DNA of 64,000 nucleotides from Octopus sinensis. Its lineage: Eukaryota. The position numbers and the translations under genes are program-made. The number at the start of each line of letters is the position of its first letter. Positions within the stretch are counted from its first letter, which is position 1. Under the pieces are notes generated by a model. It had not been told where the DNA came from. It searched no databases and saw only the letters and a program-made list of their open reading frames with translations. Shown here one piece after another: positions 26,437 through 39,819 of the stretch. The stretch covers positions 50,902,001-50,966,000 of the forward strand of contig NC_043005.1 in the NCBI RefSeq assembly GCF_006345805.1, written 5' to 3'.

Positions 26437-27160
26437 TGGAGGCGCAATGGTCCAGTGGTTAGCGCAGTGCAGTCGCGGTCGGAGGATCGCGGTTTCGATT
26501 CCCAGACCGGGCGTTATGTGTGTTTATTGAGCGAAAACACCTAAAAACTCCACGATCTCCGGCAGGGGGGGGGGTGGGGCGACACCTCTCTTTTATTTGT
26601 TTCAGTCATTTGACTGCAGCCATGCTGGAGCACCGCCTTTAATCGAGCAACTCGACCCCAGGACTTATTCTTTTGTAAGCCCAGTACTTATTCTATCGGT
26701 CTCTTTTGCCGAACCGCTAAGTAACGGGGACATAAACACACCAGCATCGGTTGTCAAGCAATGCTAGGGGGACAAACACAGACACACAAACACACACACG
26801 CATATATATATATATACATATATACGACGGGCTTCTTTCAGTTTCCGTCTACCAAATCCACTCACAAGGCTTTGGTCGGCCCGAGGCTATAGTAGAAGAC
26901 ACTTGTCCAAGGTGCCACGCAGTGGGACTGAACCCGGAACCATGTGGTTGGTAAACAAGCTACTTACCACACAGCCACTCCTAACCCCTGTTGCATTCTT
27001 TCGCTCCAATTTTCTCTCACTCTTTCTTCCAGTTTCTTGAGTAACGCTGCGATGGACTGGCGTCCCGTCCAGCTGGGGGGGGGACACATACGCTACAGAA
27101 ACCGGGAAACCGGGCCCATGAGCCTGGCTAGGCTTTAAAAGGGCGCATAAATAAAAAATA
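26437..27160 (+). mobile_element. tRNA-derived SINE family D interrupted by a family B SINE
   Basis: Head ggaggcgcaatgg...ggtttcgattccc 26437-26582, resumes at 26983; same head at 49604. Confidence 0.85.
26587..26982 (-). mobile_element. Family B SINE (nested)
   Basis: Reverse complement of 11149-11571. Confidence 0.92.
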
Positions 27161-27340
27161 TATTTTGCTGTTAAGTGCTCCTGACATTTAACTATTTTGA
27201 ACGGGAGAGATATTGTTTCTAGATTTTTGTAATAGTCTCCTATCGTATTGTATGTGTATCTGGTTATTCCTAGGTTGTTTTTTCGTCATGTGTTGTTTGG
27301 GTATTGTTGGGGGTTGGAACATGTTACATGAAAAGCAAAA

Positions 27341-27496
27341 CGAATGTATTTTATCGATCAAGTTTGGTGAACCGCTCAGTTATTTTATCGATCGCTTTTG
27401 GCGAACCGTGAAGTTTTTTTATCGATCACGTTTGGCGAACCGCTATGTTATTTTATCGATGTAATCTGGCGAACCGCGCAGTTACTTTATCGATCA
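27341..27496. repeat. Short array of the 34-bp satellite (~4.5 units)
   Basis: ttttatcgatc...ttggcgaaccgc units. Confidence 0.9.
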
Positions 27497-28232
27497 TAAA
27501 AAAATGTGCTCCTTTCATACCCAGGGGATAAAAAATCTTTCGCTTTTATTTTTGTAATATAAATTTATCTCTATCCTCTTTTCATATAACAAAACATAGG
27601 TGACCATATCAGATTTACATTTCGAAGTTTCTATATTCTTAAGAAGTAAACAACATACGATTCTCGCAGATAAGAAGAAAGCTTTTAAAATCGATCACCA
27701 GATTCGAAGCTTGCTTTGATGTGACGGTAAGACATCTGTCATGTTTCCAGAAGATGTAGGTTTAAGAAGAGCAGGCAAGCTTTTAACTTTATAACCCAGT
27801 GTTCTAGAGGCTATTTTTTATATCTTTATATCTAGGTCGAGTTCTGCCGTTAAAAAACGATTAAATTCATTGCATCTTTCCTCATGTGTACATTTAATAT
27901 TTATTATACTTTAATATTTATTATACTTACATTAGTTTATACGGCGAGTTGGCTTTGGCGGCAAGTTGAGCTGAGACTAATCCGTTACAGACAGTTGACT
28001 AATTACCAAACATTTTCATATCTCACCAACAGAAGTGTTGTTGCTGCTCTTTCTGTTGTTGATTGTTGTTATTGACGGTGATGCTGGTAGTGCTGGTGGT
28101 GGGGCTGCTGCTGTTGTTTTGCTGTCTACCTTGATTAAACAGAGCTTATGGTCAAAGGCGTTAAGATTATAGAATAATTATTTTAATGATCTGTTATTCT
28201 ACAATTTTTCATGTAATTCAATTAATGTTCAT

Positions 28233-29980
28233 AGTTATTTTATCCATCATGTTTGGCGAACCGCTAAGTTATTTTATCGATCACGTTTGGCGAACCGCTA
28301 CGTGATTTTATCGATCACTTTTGGTGAACCGCGAAGTTACTTTATCCATCTCGTTTGGCGAACCGCTAATGTTATTTTATCGATGTCATTTGGCGAGTCG
28401 CTAGGTAATTTGATCGATATCCTTTGGTGAACCGCTAAGTTATTTTATCGATCACGTTTGGCCAACCGCTAACTTATTTTCACGATCACGTTTGGCGAAT
28501 CACTAAGTTATTTTATCGATCTCATGCGGCGAAACGCTAGTTTATTTTATCGATCTCTTTAGGCGAACCGCGAATGTATTTTATCGATTACGTTTGACTA
28601 ACCGGTACGTGAGCTTATCGATCTCTTTTGGCGAACCGCTATGTTATTTTATCGATCTGGTTTGCTTTGGCGAACAGCTAAGTTAATTTTATCGATCTGG
28701 TTTGGCGAACCGCAAAGTAATTTTATCGATTTCCTTTGGCGAACCGCTAAGTTATTTTATCAATCACGCTTGACGAATCACTAAGTTATTTTATCGATCT
28801 CCTTTGGCGAAAAGCTATGTTATTTTATCGATCACCTTTGGCGAACAGCTATGATATTTTATCGATCAAGTTTGGCAAACAGCTAAGTGATTTTATCGAT
28901 CTCTTTTAGTGAATCGCGAAATTATTTTATCCATCAGGTTTGGCGAATCACTAAGTTATTTTATCGATCATCTTTGGCGAACTGCTATGTCATTTTATCA
29001 GATACTTTTGGCGAACCGTTAAGTTATTTTATCGATATCTTTTGGCGAACCGCTGTTATTTTATCGATCACCTTTGGCAAACCGCTACGTTATTTTATTG
29101 ATCACATTTGGCGAACCGCTAAGTTATTTAATCAATGTCATTTGGCGAATCGCTAAGTTATTTTATCGATATCTTTTAGCGAACCGCTAGATATTTTCTC
29201 GATCCCGTTTGGCGAACCGCTACGTTATTTTATTGATCTCGTTTGTGCGAACCGCTAAGTTATTTTATTGAGCCCGTTTGGCGAACCGCTATATTATTTT
29301 ATTGAGCCCGTTTGGCGAACCACTAAATTATTTTATCGATCACGTTTGGCGAACCGTTAAGTTATTTATATAGCTATTTTATTTTATCGATCTCGTTTGA
29401 TGAATCGCTCATGTTTTTTAATCGATCTCATTTGCAGAAGCGCTACGTTATTTTATCGATCATGTTTGGCGAACCGCTATGTTAAGTTATTTTATCCATC
29501 ACATTTGGTAAACCGCGAAGTTATTTTATCGAACTTATTTAGCGAACCGCACAGTTATCGATGTCGATTGGCGAATCGCTAAGTTTTTTATCGATCAGGT
29601 TTGGCGAATCGCTATGCCATTTTATCGATCAACTTTGGCGAACCGCACAGTAATTTTCTCCATATCCTTTGGCGACCGCTATGTTATTTTATTGATCTCT
29701 TTAGGCGAACCGCTAAGTTATTTTATCGACCACGTTTGGCGAACCGCTAAGTTATTTTATCGTTCCTTTTGGCAAACCGCTAAATTATTTTATCGATCTC
29801 GATTGGTGAACAGCTAAGTTGTTTTATCAAGCATCTTTGGAGAACCGCTGTTTTATTTTATCAAACCCGTTTGGCGAATCACTAAGTTATTTTATCGATC
29901 TTATTTGGCACACCGCTAGCTTATTTTATCTATCTTGTTTGGCGAACCGCTCAGTTATTTTATCGATCTAATTTGGCGAA
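28233..29980. repeat. 34-bp tandem minisatellite, ~51 diverged units (gttattttatcgatcacgtttggcgaaccgctaa)
   Basis: Period of 34 (ccgcta at 28261 and 28295); no unique spacers. Confidence 0.95.
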
Positions 29981-30290
29981 TAGGAAACTCCCACAAAATG
30001 TTACATTTCTCTGACATTTCTCTGACTTCAGTACTCTTTCGATTCGATGATTGTACCATGTGTTTCCTCCTTCAAATCTCCATTTCTGGCACAGTTTCCA
30101 GTGTAAAACTTTTACAATCTAGTCGTGCCACCATTTCTTGTATTATTCCTGTGCCAAATTGGGCATTCACCTATAATATGTGCCACTGACTCGTTCCAAG
30201 TTCCATAGGCTCTACATTCTTCTGTCACATTCTCTCCATATATTTCTTTTTCAAGTACGTGGAACAAATAGAGGCTGCAATACGGGTCGG
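29981..30290 (-). pseudogene. Decayed R4/Dong-like RLE LINE fragment
   Basis: With frameshifts reads CRAYG..ESVAHIIGECP..YKKWWHD*IVKVLHWKLCQ..WYNH..ILWEFPI, homologous to 59852-60521. Confidence 0.8.
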
Positions 30291-30381
30291 GTAGAGCAAT
30301 TACACTGCTTGAAACCAGAAGGTGCTACAAAAATAAGAGGTGTCACCTTAGTTTACTGGTAGTTAGAAGCTGTGCAAAGGC

Positions 30382-30433
<52 letters not shown>

Positions 30434-30436
<3 letters not shown>

Positions 30437-30963
30437 GCCCTGATGCAGTACCTTGCAGTTGCCCTCGTGGCTTCTGATCTTAACTAATTGGAAGTCTTAT
30501 GTACATTGTTTGTCTTGGTATTCTGCACAAAACCACAGATTTGCTTGTCAGTCGTTTGACCATAGCCACTTGAACATGTTCCTTAGTGGCTGGCGATATA
30601 TGCATCTATGATCACGAGCAGAAGTAGTGGAGAAGCATTATAGCCATGAGTTGAGAAGAAGTCTTTGGGGTTTGGATAATTCACCTCTGAAAACATGGGT
30701 GTTTCGTTCAACCTCCTTAAACAACCCTTATTCAGGGACCTATTGAGCGAGATGGGCTACTCAACTTGAAGAAAATTCTAACTAGGCCTCACTTGTAAGG
30801 TCATGCGCTGTTTATCTTGATATGAGATCACTATCTCGCGCACATATGACTCTGATGCATGTACCTGGCGTACCCTTACCTGACGGGTAGTCATGATGGG
30901 TATACTGGGTTTCGTATATTTTACCTCAGTATCACTTTGATGGAATGCACTGCGCTCTCACAC
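30434..30963. mobile_element. ~530-bp non-coding element embedded in (TAA)n
   Basis: (TAA)n on both sides (30382-30433, 30964-30976); no ORF. Confidence 0.55.
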
Positions 30964-30976
30964 AATAATAATAATA

Positions 30977-31325
30977 TTTTCGTTTTGGGATTTGGTTTGC
31001 AAGATTCTTTATATGAGTTCGTGTGTTGAAGCATATTCTGTTGTGTCTGGGGAGTCATTTTCTATTTGTGCTTTATAATGTAACACACTCACCGATAACA
31101 TTTCCACTTATTTCTTATTTTTATTTTCCTAAAAGTTTTCGTTACGTCTTGCAACCTTCTAAATAGTCAAAACTATTAAAAAGGTCAAGACTATTGAAAA
31201 GGTTGCAAGACGCAACGAAAACTTTTAGGAAAATAAAAATAAGAAATAAGTGGAAATTTTACCGGTGAGTGTGTTACATTATAAGGCACAAAAAGAAAAT
31301 AACTCTTCCCAGACACAACAGAATA
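30977..31325. mobile_element. Foldback repeat (arms ~31034-31170 and ~31188-31325)
   Basis: Arms are reverse complements; family copy at 18823. Confidence 0.85.
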
Positions 31326-31329
31326 ATAA

Positions 31330-31670
31330 TAATCCTTTCTACTATTGGCACAAGGCCTGAATCTTGGGGCAGGGGCTAAGTCGATTACATCGAACCCAGT
31401 GTTTCACTGGGTTCGATGTAATCGACCTCGAAAGGATGAAAGGCAAAGTCGACCTCAGTGGAATTTTAACTGAGAACGAGGCGACAGACGGAATACCTAT
31501 TTCTTTATTACCCACAAGGGGCTAAACACAGAGGGGACAAACAAGGACAGACATAGGTATTAAGTCGATTACATCGACCCCAGTGCGTAACTGGTACTTA
31601 ATTTATCGACCCCGAAAGGATGAAAGGCAAAGTCGACATTTTGCCCGGCCTGCTACCGATTCTGCTAGCT
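31330..31670 (-). mobile_element. Family A SINE, multimeric
   Basis: aaaggatgaaaggcaaagtcgac twice; gaatacctatttcttta junction. Confidence 0.85.
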
Positions 31671-33794
31671 TAATAACAACAACAACAACAATAACAACAA
31701 CAACAACAACAATAATAATAATAATAATAATAATAACCAGTGTTATTTCATAAATTTTGATATTTTGATACTGAAACGTTAATTCCTGATGTAACATTTT
31801 GTTTGTTTTTTTGAAATTTCTGTAGATGTTTTTTTTTATTTGTTCATATTTATATAGATACATCCCACTTGTTCTAAAGAACCGCTGAGCACATTTAGTA
31901 AATGGAGTGATGTTCCTACTAAAGCACTTGCGCAGAGAATCACTATTGATTTCTTGAAGTTGAAATCTGAACAAAAATAAGAGAGGGCAAAGGCAAAAAA
32001 AAACATGTATAGAATAAAAAATGTTATGGGTTTATGTAACCTTCGTGCCTTTTCACAAGGGCAAGGAAATCGTAAGAGAAATAAGATAACCATATGCATG
32101 TGCACAAATGTGTGTACTCCTGTACCTACGCGCGCGCATACGGATTCAGTCACGTTTTCTTTATCTTTTACAACCAACAGCGCGGGCTAGTTCTCTCTAT
32201 ACATATATTGATTTATAACATAAGCAGGTCTCATTTATTTCTTTAATTATTTATCTAATTATTTATTTATTCATTTTTTGTGGTGCGAACGGATATAAGT
32301 ATAGCCGTAACCTTTTTTATTATAGCTTCGCTCAAATCTCTTGTTATGGGCTGGTACTTAATTTTGTTAACCCAGAAAAGATAAAAGACAAATACAAACT
32401 GGTCGAGATTTGAACTCAAAACGCTCTACTGATTCTATGATTCATCGCTCTTGTAGTAAGAACGATAATGACTTTCAACCATAAGGCAAAAATTCACAAA
32501 ATTGGGGTAAGCAAAGAATCAATTACACGATCCTTCTTGACGGTCAATAACATTGTGTGATCAATAATTAATAAATTCAACAATCTTCACAATTTATGTT
32601 TCGTCATCTACTCCCTTGTCCTGCGTGGCACACTGTTCTTGATAGTTTTGTATCATATCATGGCTGTACAGTTGAACTTATTGACCCTATGGTGGAGTAG
32701 TGGGTACTGTAATTCGGCTCCTAGCATTCGTAAGAGTTTGAACTACATTCCGTGTACATGCTCGGTACGATGTTGTATGTGGTTTAAATATATACGGCCT
32801 AGCATTTCAATGGAATATCTAGACCTCGCGCGGTCGAGTAGTAGTGTTTGATAAGGTTTGCTCCACGCAAATAAGCACCAAGTCTTAATGGCACTCTATG
32901 TCGTACTCTAGGGCTGCGAACTTTACGATAGCACATAGAGGTATAGTACGGCCACAAAACGGTATGGTGGATAAAATCGTTGGTTATGATAGAATAGACA
33001 GAATTTATTACTATGTATTTCAACACTATGAGTATCAACGAGTCTAAGATCTCGCTGCTCTTCGCGAGTAGCAGTTAAGGTTCTTCATGGATTTCGGGAG
33101 AGCTTAGGTTGGTTCGAAGTAATTCACTATTTAAATATCTTTCTACGTTGTTGAGATTGCATTCAAATATGAAGAGTGTCCTCGAACTTCAAGAATGCAA
33201 GTGAGGTATGGGATAGATGGATGCTTCTGGGATGTTCCGGGTGTAGTCAATTGTACGAGATATTTTTCTACTCGGCATGATTTTAACTTCGTGTACTTTC
33301 TGGACATAGGTATATGTGAGAATGCGTTTATATGAAGCATTTACATTTATAATAATACTCGTAGTTTTGTACACTTCACCTATGTATTTTCATGTACACA
33401 AGTCTAATCAACTATAAAAGCAAAGACAGTACATGGAATGAGCAGTTACAATTTTCCTTCTAGTGTTCAGGTATTAAAAGAAACCTCTTTTCACTACCAT
33501 GAAATCGCATCAACACGAAATCCATCTATGCGAAACTATTGCTTGTTCTATCAAAATTACATCGTTAGCCCTTCTGGCATTCAGTCAAACTGCGCTGACA
33601 GAAAGCTCCTATAATAAATTTTTATGCTATAAATTTTATGCTAGCACAATTTTTATGCCAGCATGAATCCATACGTGCTCTTGCGAATTTTGATTGACGA
33701 TAAATATGAATATTGTATTCCTATAGACGAATATACGTACACACTACATACATACATATGTATATATGCATGCATGTATGTATGTATATACACA

Positions 33795-33863
<69 letters not shown>

Positions 33864-34402
33864 GCATATACTACGCATATATGTATATATATATGTGTGC
33901 GTGTATGAGTATATATATATACAGAGAAAGAGTGACAGAGAGGAAGAAAGAGAGGGAGACCGAGTGTGAGAGAGTGAATGAGTGAATGAGTGAGTGAGTG
34001 AGTGAGGGAGTGAGGGAGTGAGGGAGTGACTAAGTGAGTGAGTGAGTGAGTGAGTGGTGAGTGAGTGAGTGAGTGAGATATAAACAGCTATATGCTTTTA
34101 CTTCCTGGATAGAGAAAAGGAGCGATAAGCCGAACTAGTTTCAATCACTAATGGGAATTCATCAGTCTCTGGTTATTCTCTTTAACCGTCCACTGAAACA
34201 CAGCTTATAAACCCACGATTGCTGAGAGTTAAATAAACCGAATAAATCCATTTTCATAAATAACGCATTCTTGACAGCCATTTCGATTAATAAACTACTG
34301 GTCCGTTAACAGGTTTTAGTTTAAACGCTGTACTGTAACAGAGCATATATCCTTATATATAACCACACATTAAATGCAATCGGTAGACAGATGTAAAAAC
34401 CT

Positions 34403-34542
<140 letters not shown>

Positions 34543-34589
34543 CTCACACAAACACAGACACACACACATATTAATATATACAGCAGGTT

Positions 34590-34810
34590 AAGGTGGCGAG
34601 CTGGCAGAAACGTTAAGACGCCGGCCGAAATGCTTAGCGGTATTTCGTCTGTCTTTTATGTTCTGAGCTCAAATTCCGCCGAGGTCGACTTTGCCTTTTA
34701 TCCTTTCGGGGTCGATAAATTAAGTACCAGTTGTGTGCTGGGGTTGATCTAATCGACTGGCCCACTCGCCCAAATTTTCGGGCCTTGGGCCATGAGTAGA
34801 AAATAATATA
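34590..34810 (+). mobile_element. Family A SINE
   Basis: ggtggcgagctggcagaaacgtta head and core. Confidence 0.9.
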
Positions 34811-34873
34811 AACAGCAGGTTGCACTGTTTCACCAAAAAGGAGAATTATAATAGTCACATTTAGTGACAATTT

Positions 34874-34919
<46 letters not shown>

Positions 34920-34989
34920 AATATAATATGTGACAATTATTCGGTAGCCATGATAAAATTCCGAGTTTCGGATGTCGGGAGTGGAAACC

Positions 34990-37395
34990 CACGCCGCCAT
35001 TTCTTCGGTTATCGGGCCATTACGGCTCTTTTTAGGGCGTACCACCATTTGTTATTAATGATGGTACCTGTCAATGCCCTCTGTATTAACATCTCGATCC
35101 GCTTTCTGAACTCCTCAATCGCCAAAAGAGATGTATTGAGTTTTTACTAGCCAGATCCCTGTCTATGCAATTTATATACTGTCAGCTTACAGGTAACCAT
35201 CCTGTGATCACTGAAGCTGACTAGATAAAACTGTGGACACTTAGCTATGGACTTAGCTGTTTTTTTTTTCTAATTAAAACCCTATCTAGATATGTTTTGG
35301 AAGACCCGTCACTATTTGACCACGCCCACTGTGGAATGTTCGGGTGTTCCAATCTTTATGGATCTGCCAGCTGAAAGTGACTTTGCAGATCCCGTAAGCC
35401 TGGGTTACATTTTCTATTCACGCCCGAGCCAACACAATCTGTGTGTGCGTCACAAATTGTGTAAAAGTCTTCTATCAGTACTAGCGAATGTGACGTGGAC
35501 AGGAACTTTCCCAGGTCACGAAAATATTCATTTTGCGGGCCCATAACATTGGGTGCATAAATTGCAACCAGCCTGATTATCTTGCCACAACTGAATGTCA
35601 GGTCGAGAATGACCAACCTGTCTTCTGGACCAGAAAAAAACAACTTTTTTCTCGGCTACTCGGTTTCTTTTTAGTAGGACCAACACCCCAACCCCATCTC
35701 CCGCCCGACTCGGAAAAACGTATTTTTCAAAGCCATTCAGGAGGGGGAGCTGATCTCTTGGCCCCTTCATCCGGGTTTCCGTTGCAACAATCACATCCAA
35801 TTTTCTTGCCCTGGTGTCATTAAGGAAGCGCCCTTGCTTCCAGCTAGACATCAGGCCACAAACATTTACACAACCAATGTGAATAGACGTTACTTGCATA
35901 TTTAATTCGGGGTGTCCTGTAGAGAGGAACTCTCCACCTTTTCTTGACCTAAGATTGGAGGTGGCAAGTTTTGAAAAATGGATTGATTAAAATCCAATCT
36001 CATCATCGACACCGACTTTCTATACGTGTTAAGGATGAAAGTCTTTTTATCCATTTCGTAGATTCGTAGTCCTTATATTTATCAGAAAGTTCTGCAATCC
36101 TAGTGGCTGATTTTTTCACTTTTATTTCTCTCATTAAATCTTCATTTTTGTTGTATAACGCGACTATCCCGCTGTCTTCTGCTTAACTTCCTTACTATTT
36201 TTGGTTTGTCTCTTTTAGCATTTTTTTTTGGGGGGGGGGGCTTAGTTGGACCTGTTTTTGTTGATTTGAGCTTTCCATTTTTCTCTTGTTAGTTGCTTTC
36301 TTTTCTTCTGTTTCTCTCTCTCCCTCTCTCTCTCTCCTCCTCCTCTTCACCATCGGATTCTTCCTTGCCGTCTCTACAGTGTTTTTTTATATGGCCCACA
36401 TGGCCGCACTGAAAACATCGGGGATTACGCCCCTCGACGAATACGTTAAGGAATTCCTCCCCAATTTCTATTTTCTCTGGTAATTGTTCTAAAATTGACT
36501 ATTCTGCTTGTATTAGAAGGTGAACAGTTTGACCGGTCCAATAAGTCTTTTCTGTGACGGTAGCCTGAAGGAGTGTTATATTATCTTCTTTTTTTTTTGC
36601 TAGGACTGCTGCCATCAACCACATAGGATCGACTCGAGGTGGGACCTTTGGTATACGTATTTTTGACGTCCTCATTCCCATATATATTGGAATTAAAACA
36701 ACGTCCTTCGTTTCTAAAGATTTAACTGAGTGCATTTGTGCAGTTTCTATATCTTTTCGTCGTACTTCGATAGTACCAAACTTTTTCCCTCTAGCTAGGT
36801 ATGTGATATCCTGACAGATGGGTTTCAAGTACTTCTCAACTTTCTCTTCGTTCACTCGATCAATTTTTTTAACTTTTAAACAGTAAGATTTAAAAATAAT
36901 TGTTTTTCTTTTTTCTAACATTAATAGTTCTTCCAGGTGTTGAACTTTCACAACACCGTCTTCAATTGTTATCATACCTTTGTACTTTATCAGGTCATTT
37001 TTGTTTGTCGACAGCTGGCAGGTTCCACCTCCAGCCGCCGATACAAAACTTCTTTTTTGCTTATTTTCTTCCCCTTCGCAACAGTACAAATTGATGGTGG
37101 GGGAAATACACTTTCATAAGAATCCGAAATATCGCCAAATATTAAACTTTCAATCTTTTTTGCCTCTCTGTCGGTTGACGACTCTTCGCCACACGAAGTT
37201 ACACTTTTCGGCATCTTGCCAGCAATTAATGTTTCCCCCACAGGGGAAAACACACGATAGTTTTCGAACGAAGACTATCACACACATAATTATAACAGGA
37301 ACAATAATTATTACAGGAAATAACACAAAAACAGTCAATATAAACTTGTACTCCAAATAATAATTACCAATAAATCCAAACTCACACAGAAAAAA
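34990..37395 (-). mobile_element. Decayed L1/Tx1 LINE 5' part: ORF1 remnant and ORF2 AP endonuclease
   Basis: 35899 start IGCVNVCGL..LDVIVATETR; RLVILDL..LVAIYAPN; SDHRMV; KLNTSLL; ORF1-like 36499-37089; stops and frameshifts. Confidence 0.88.
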
Positions 37396-37399
37396 TCCC

Positions 37400-37632
37400 T
37401 ATTTCTTTACTACCCACAAGGGGCTAAACAAAAAAGGGGACGAACAAGGGCAGATAAATGGATTAAGTCGATTATATCGACTCCAGTGGACAACTGGTAC
37501 TTATTTAATCGATCCCGAAAGGATGAAAAGCAAAGTCGATCTCGGAGCAATTTGAACTCAGAACGTAACGGTAGACGAAATACGGCTACGCATTTCGCCC
37601 GGCGTGCTAACGTTTCTGCCAGCTCGCCGCCC
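37400..37632 (-). mobile_element. Family A SINE
   Basis: Ends in gtttctgccagctcgccgcc. Confidence 0.9.
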
Positions 37633-38159
37633 TAAAACAAATTATTGTTATTAGGTGGTATCTGATAGTAGGAATGGTTTAATGAGGACGTGGAGAGGTT
37701 GAGTCGCTTCAGCGTATAAAAGAAGGATAATGCTATTCCAAAATGTTTTTGGATTCCAAGATTAAATAAGGTACACCATAAGTGTAAATTTATCTAGGGG
37801 CCTAGAAGGTGTACCAATAAACAGTTGTCTATCTTAATAAATCACGCATTAAATGTTATTTATCGGTTTTCTGAGGTACTGCAAAGATTTTTTTCTTTTA
37901 CTTTCTTTTTTGTAATTTGGATATTAACGTATTCTGGAGAATTAGATCCACGAAAGACATTTTTTAGATAAGCTCCAAAAGATTAATATAATTCAAACTA
38001 TACACATGTGTTTTCTCCACAGTGCATAGAAATTTAGAATTAAATACAGCCGAAGAAAGTATACTTAGAATAATTGATATAATGTTTGGTAAGGATTACA
38101 AATATGTTTCCATTTAAAATAGAGGTCTTTTTATGTCCAGTTGTAGGTATTATAGCTTT

Positions 38160-38485
38160 TGAGACCCCCTTTGGTCATGACCGACCGTGGGATTGCACCT
38201 AGATAGTTACCCTTCCAGGCCCAAGTCCAGGCAAGGTGGTTTATGGAAAGCCAGCAGTCGCCCATGCATACCGGCCTCCCCTCTCCACGCCACCAGTGTT
38301 ATCGAAGGGAAAGGCAACAGTAGATACAGCTTGGCACCTGTGACGTCGCAACTCATTTCTACTGCTGAGTGAACTGGAGCAACGTGAAATGTCTTGCTCA
38401 AGAACACAACACGCAGCCCGGTCCGGGATTCGAAATCACAACCTCACGATCGTAAGCTCGACGCTCTAACCACTGAGCCATGCGT
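38160..38485 (-). mobile_element. tRNA-derived SINE family C (tRNA-Arg-like head)
   Basis: Minus head gcatggctcagtggttagagcg..ttacgat..ttcgaatccc. Confidence 0.85.
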
Positions 38486-38539
38486 AGAATAAAGGAGAAA
38501 TTTAATAGTATTATTGATTTCAAATGTTGGCACAATGCT

Positions 38540-38740
38540 TGACTGGTACTTATTCTATCGACCCCGAAATGATGGAAAAGCGAAGTCAACCACGGCGGAA
38601 TTTGAACTAACGACGTAAGGACGAACGAAATGCCGCCAAGTGTTATTCCCTGTGTGCTGACTCGGGACTTAAAGACGGACAAAATTTTGCTAAGCATTTT
38701 GCCTGGAATGTTAACGATTCTGCCAACTCACCACCTTGAT
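38540..38740 (-). mobile_element. Degenerate family A SINE
   Basis: ctggtactt..atcgaccccgaaa..ggcggaatttgaact. Confidence 0.75.
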
Positions 38741-38971
38741 TAGTTCTGCTATTAATAACGCATCCATTACTTTTATCAATGGGATATTTAAACGAATTAA
38801 AATTATTCCAATGTCGTTAATTCCGAGCTGGTAATTGTGATTTATTAGCAGACATATATTTGTTTTAGTACGAGTTTAGTCTCTTAGTGATTTATACTAA
38901 CAGAAAGAAATCGGGTGAGCTAAACAGTTTAGTGGTTGCTGCAGATAGCTTTTTATATATTTTTTTAATTT

Positions 38972-39203
38972 TTACTTGTTTCAGTAATTAGACTGAGGCC
39001 ATGCTGGAACGCTAATTTGAAGAATTTTTAGTCGAACTAATCAAATCCAGTACTTATATTTTTAAGCAGTGTTCTTGTTCTATCAGTCTCTTATTGCCGA
39101 ACTGCTAAGTTACGGAGACGTAAATACACCAGTACCAGTTGTCAAGCGGTGGTGGCGGACAAACACTGATACAAACGCGCGCTCACACACACATGCACGC
39201 ACA

Positions 39204-39241
<38 letters not shown>

Positions 39242-39385
39242 GACGGGTTTCTTTCAGTTTCCATCTTCCAAAGCATCCACTCACAAGACTTTAGTCGACA
39301 CCAAGCTATAGGAGACACTTTCCCAAGTTGCCAAGCAGTCAGACTGAACAAAGAATCATCTGGCTGAAAAGAAAACTCATTCATG
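38972..39385 (-). mobile_element. Degenerate family B SINE
   Basis: ttacttgtttcagt...gccgaactgctaagttacg...cgacgggtttctttcag. Confidence 0.8.
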
Positions 39386-39819
39386 AGATATTTTTATTCT
39401 TAAATTCTTTTTTTTTGTTTTCATTTGAAAATTTTCTAGCGAAAATATGCCCAGGCGATCTCGTAGCTAATAGAAACGGAGATGCGGAAAATGAGGTTAA
39501 GCATTTAAATGTCAAAGTAGTATGGATAATAAGTTTATAACAAGCGTTTAATAAAACTGATAGTTTTAATTTTCTTGTTGTACCTTTGCCCTAAGCATTT
39601 ATGTAGAAGTCGGTTAAGAATAGGATATAATGAGTTCTCCAGTCACGTTATCATATATGATAGAATTATAAATAAATCTGATGTAGTTGTAGACAGAGCG
39701 AAGCTGTTAATGAGGCGTATGGAAGAATAAGATTACGTTAGGAAATTGGTATAAATTCTGTTGCTTGGTTAGACAATAAAAATTTGAAAAGTTTAAGAGA
39801 ATTTCTAGGTTTTCAATTA

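Noticed and set aside
28233-29980. CRISPR array
   Set aside because: Units abut with no unique spacers, there are no cas genes, the context is eukaryotic and the unit derives from a SINE
38405-38485. tRNA genes (also 11149, 26437, 49604)
   Set aside because: tRNA-like heads continue into SINE bodies and lack a proper acceptor stem
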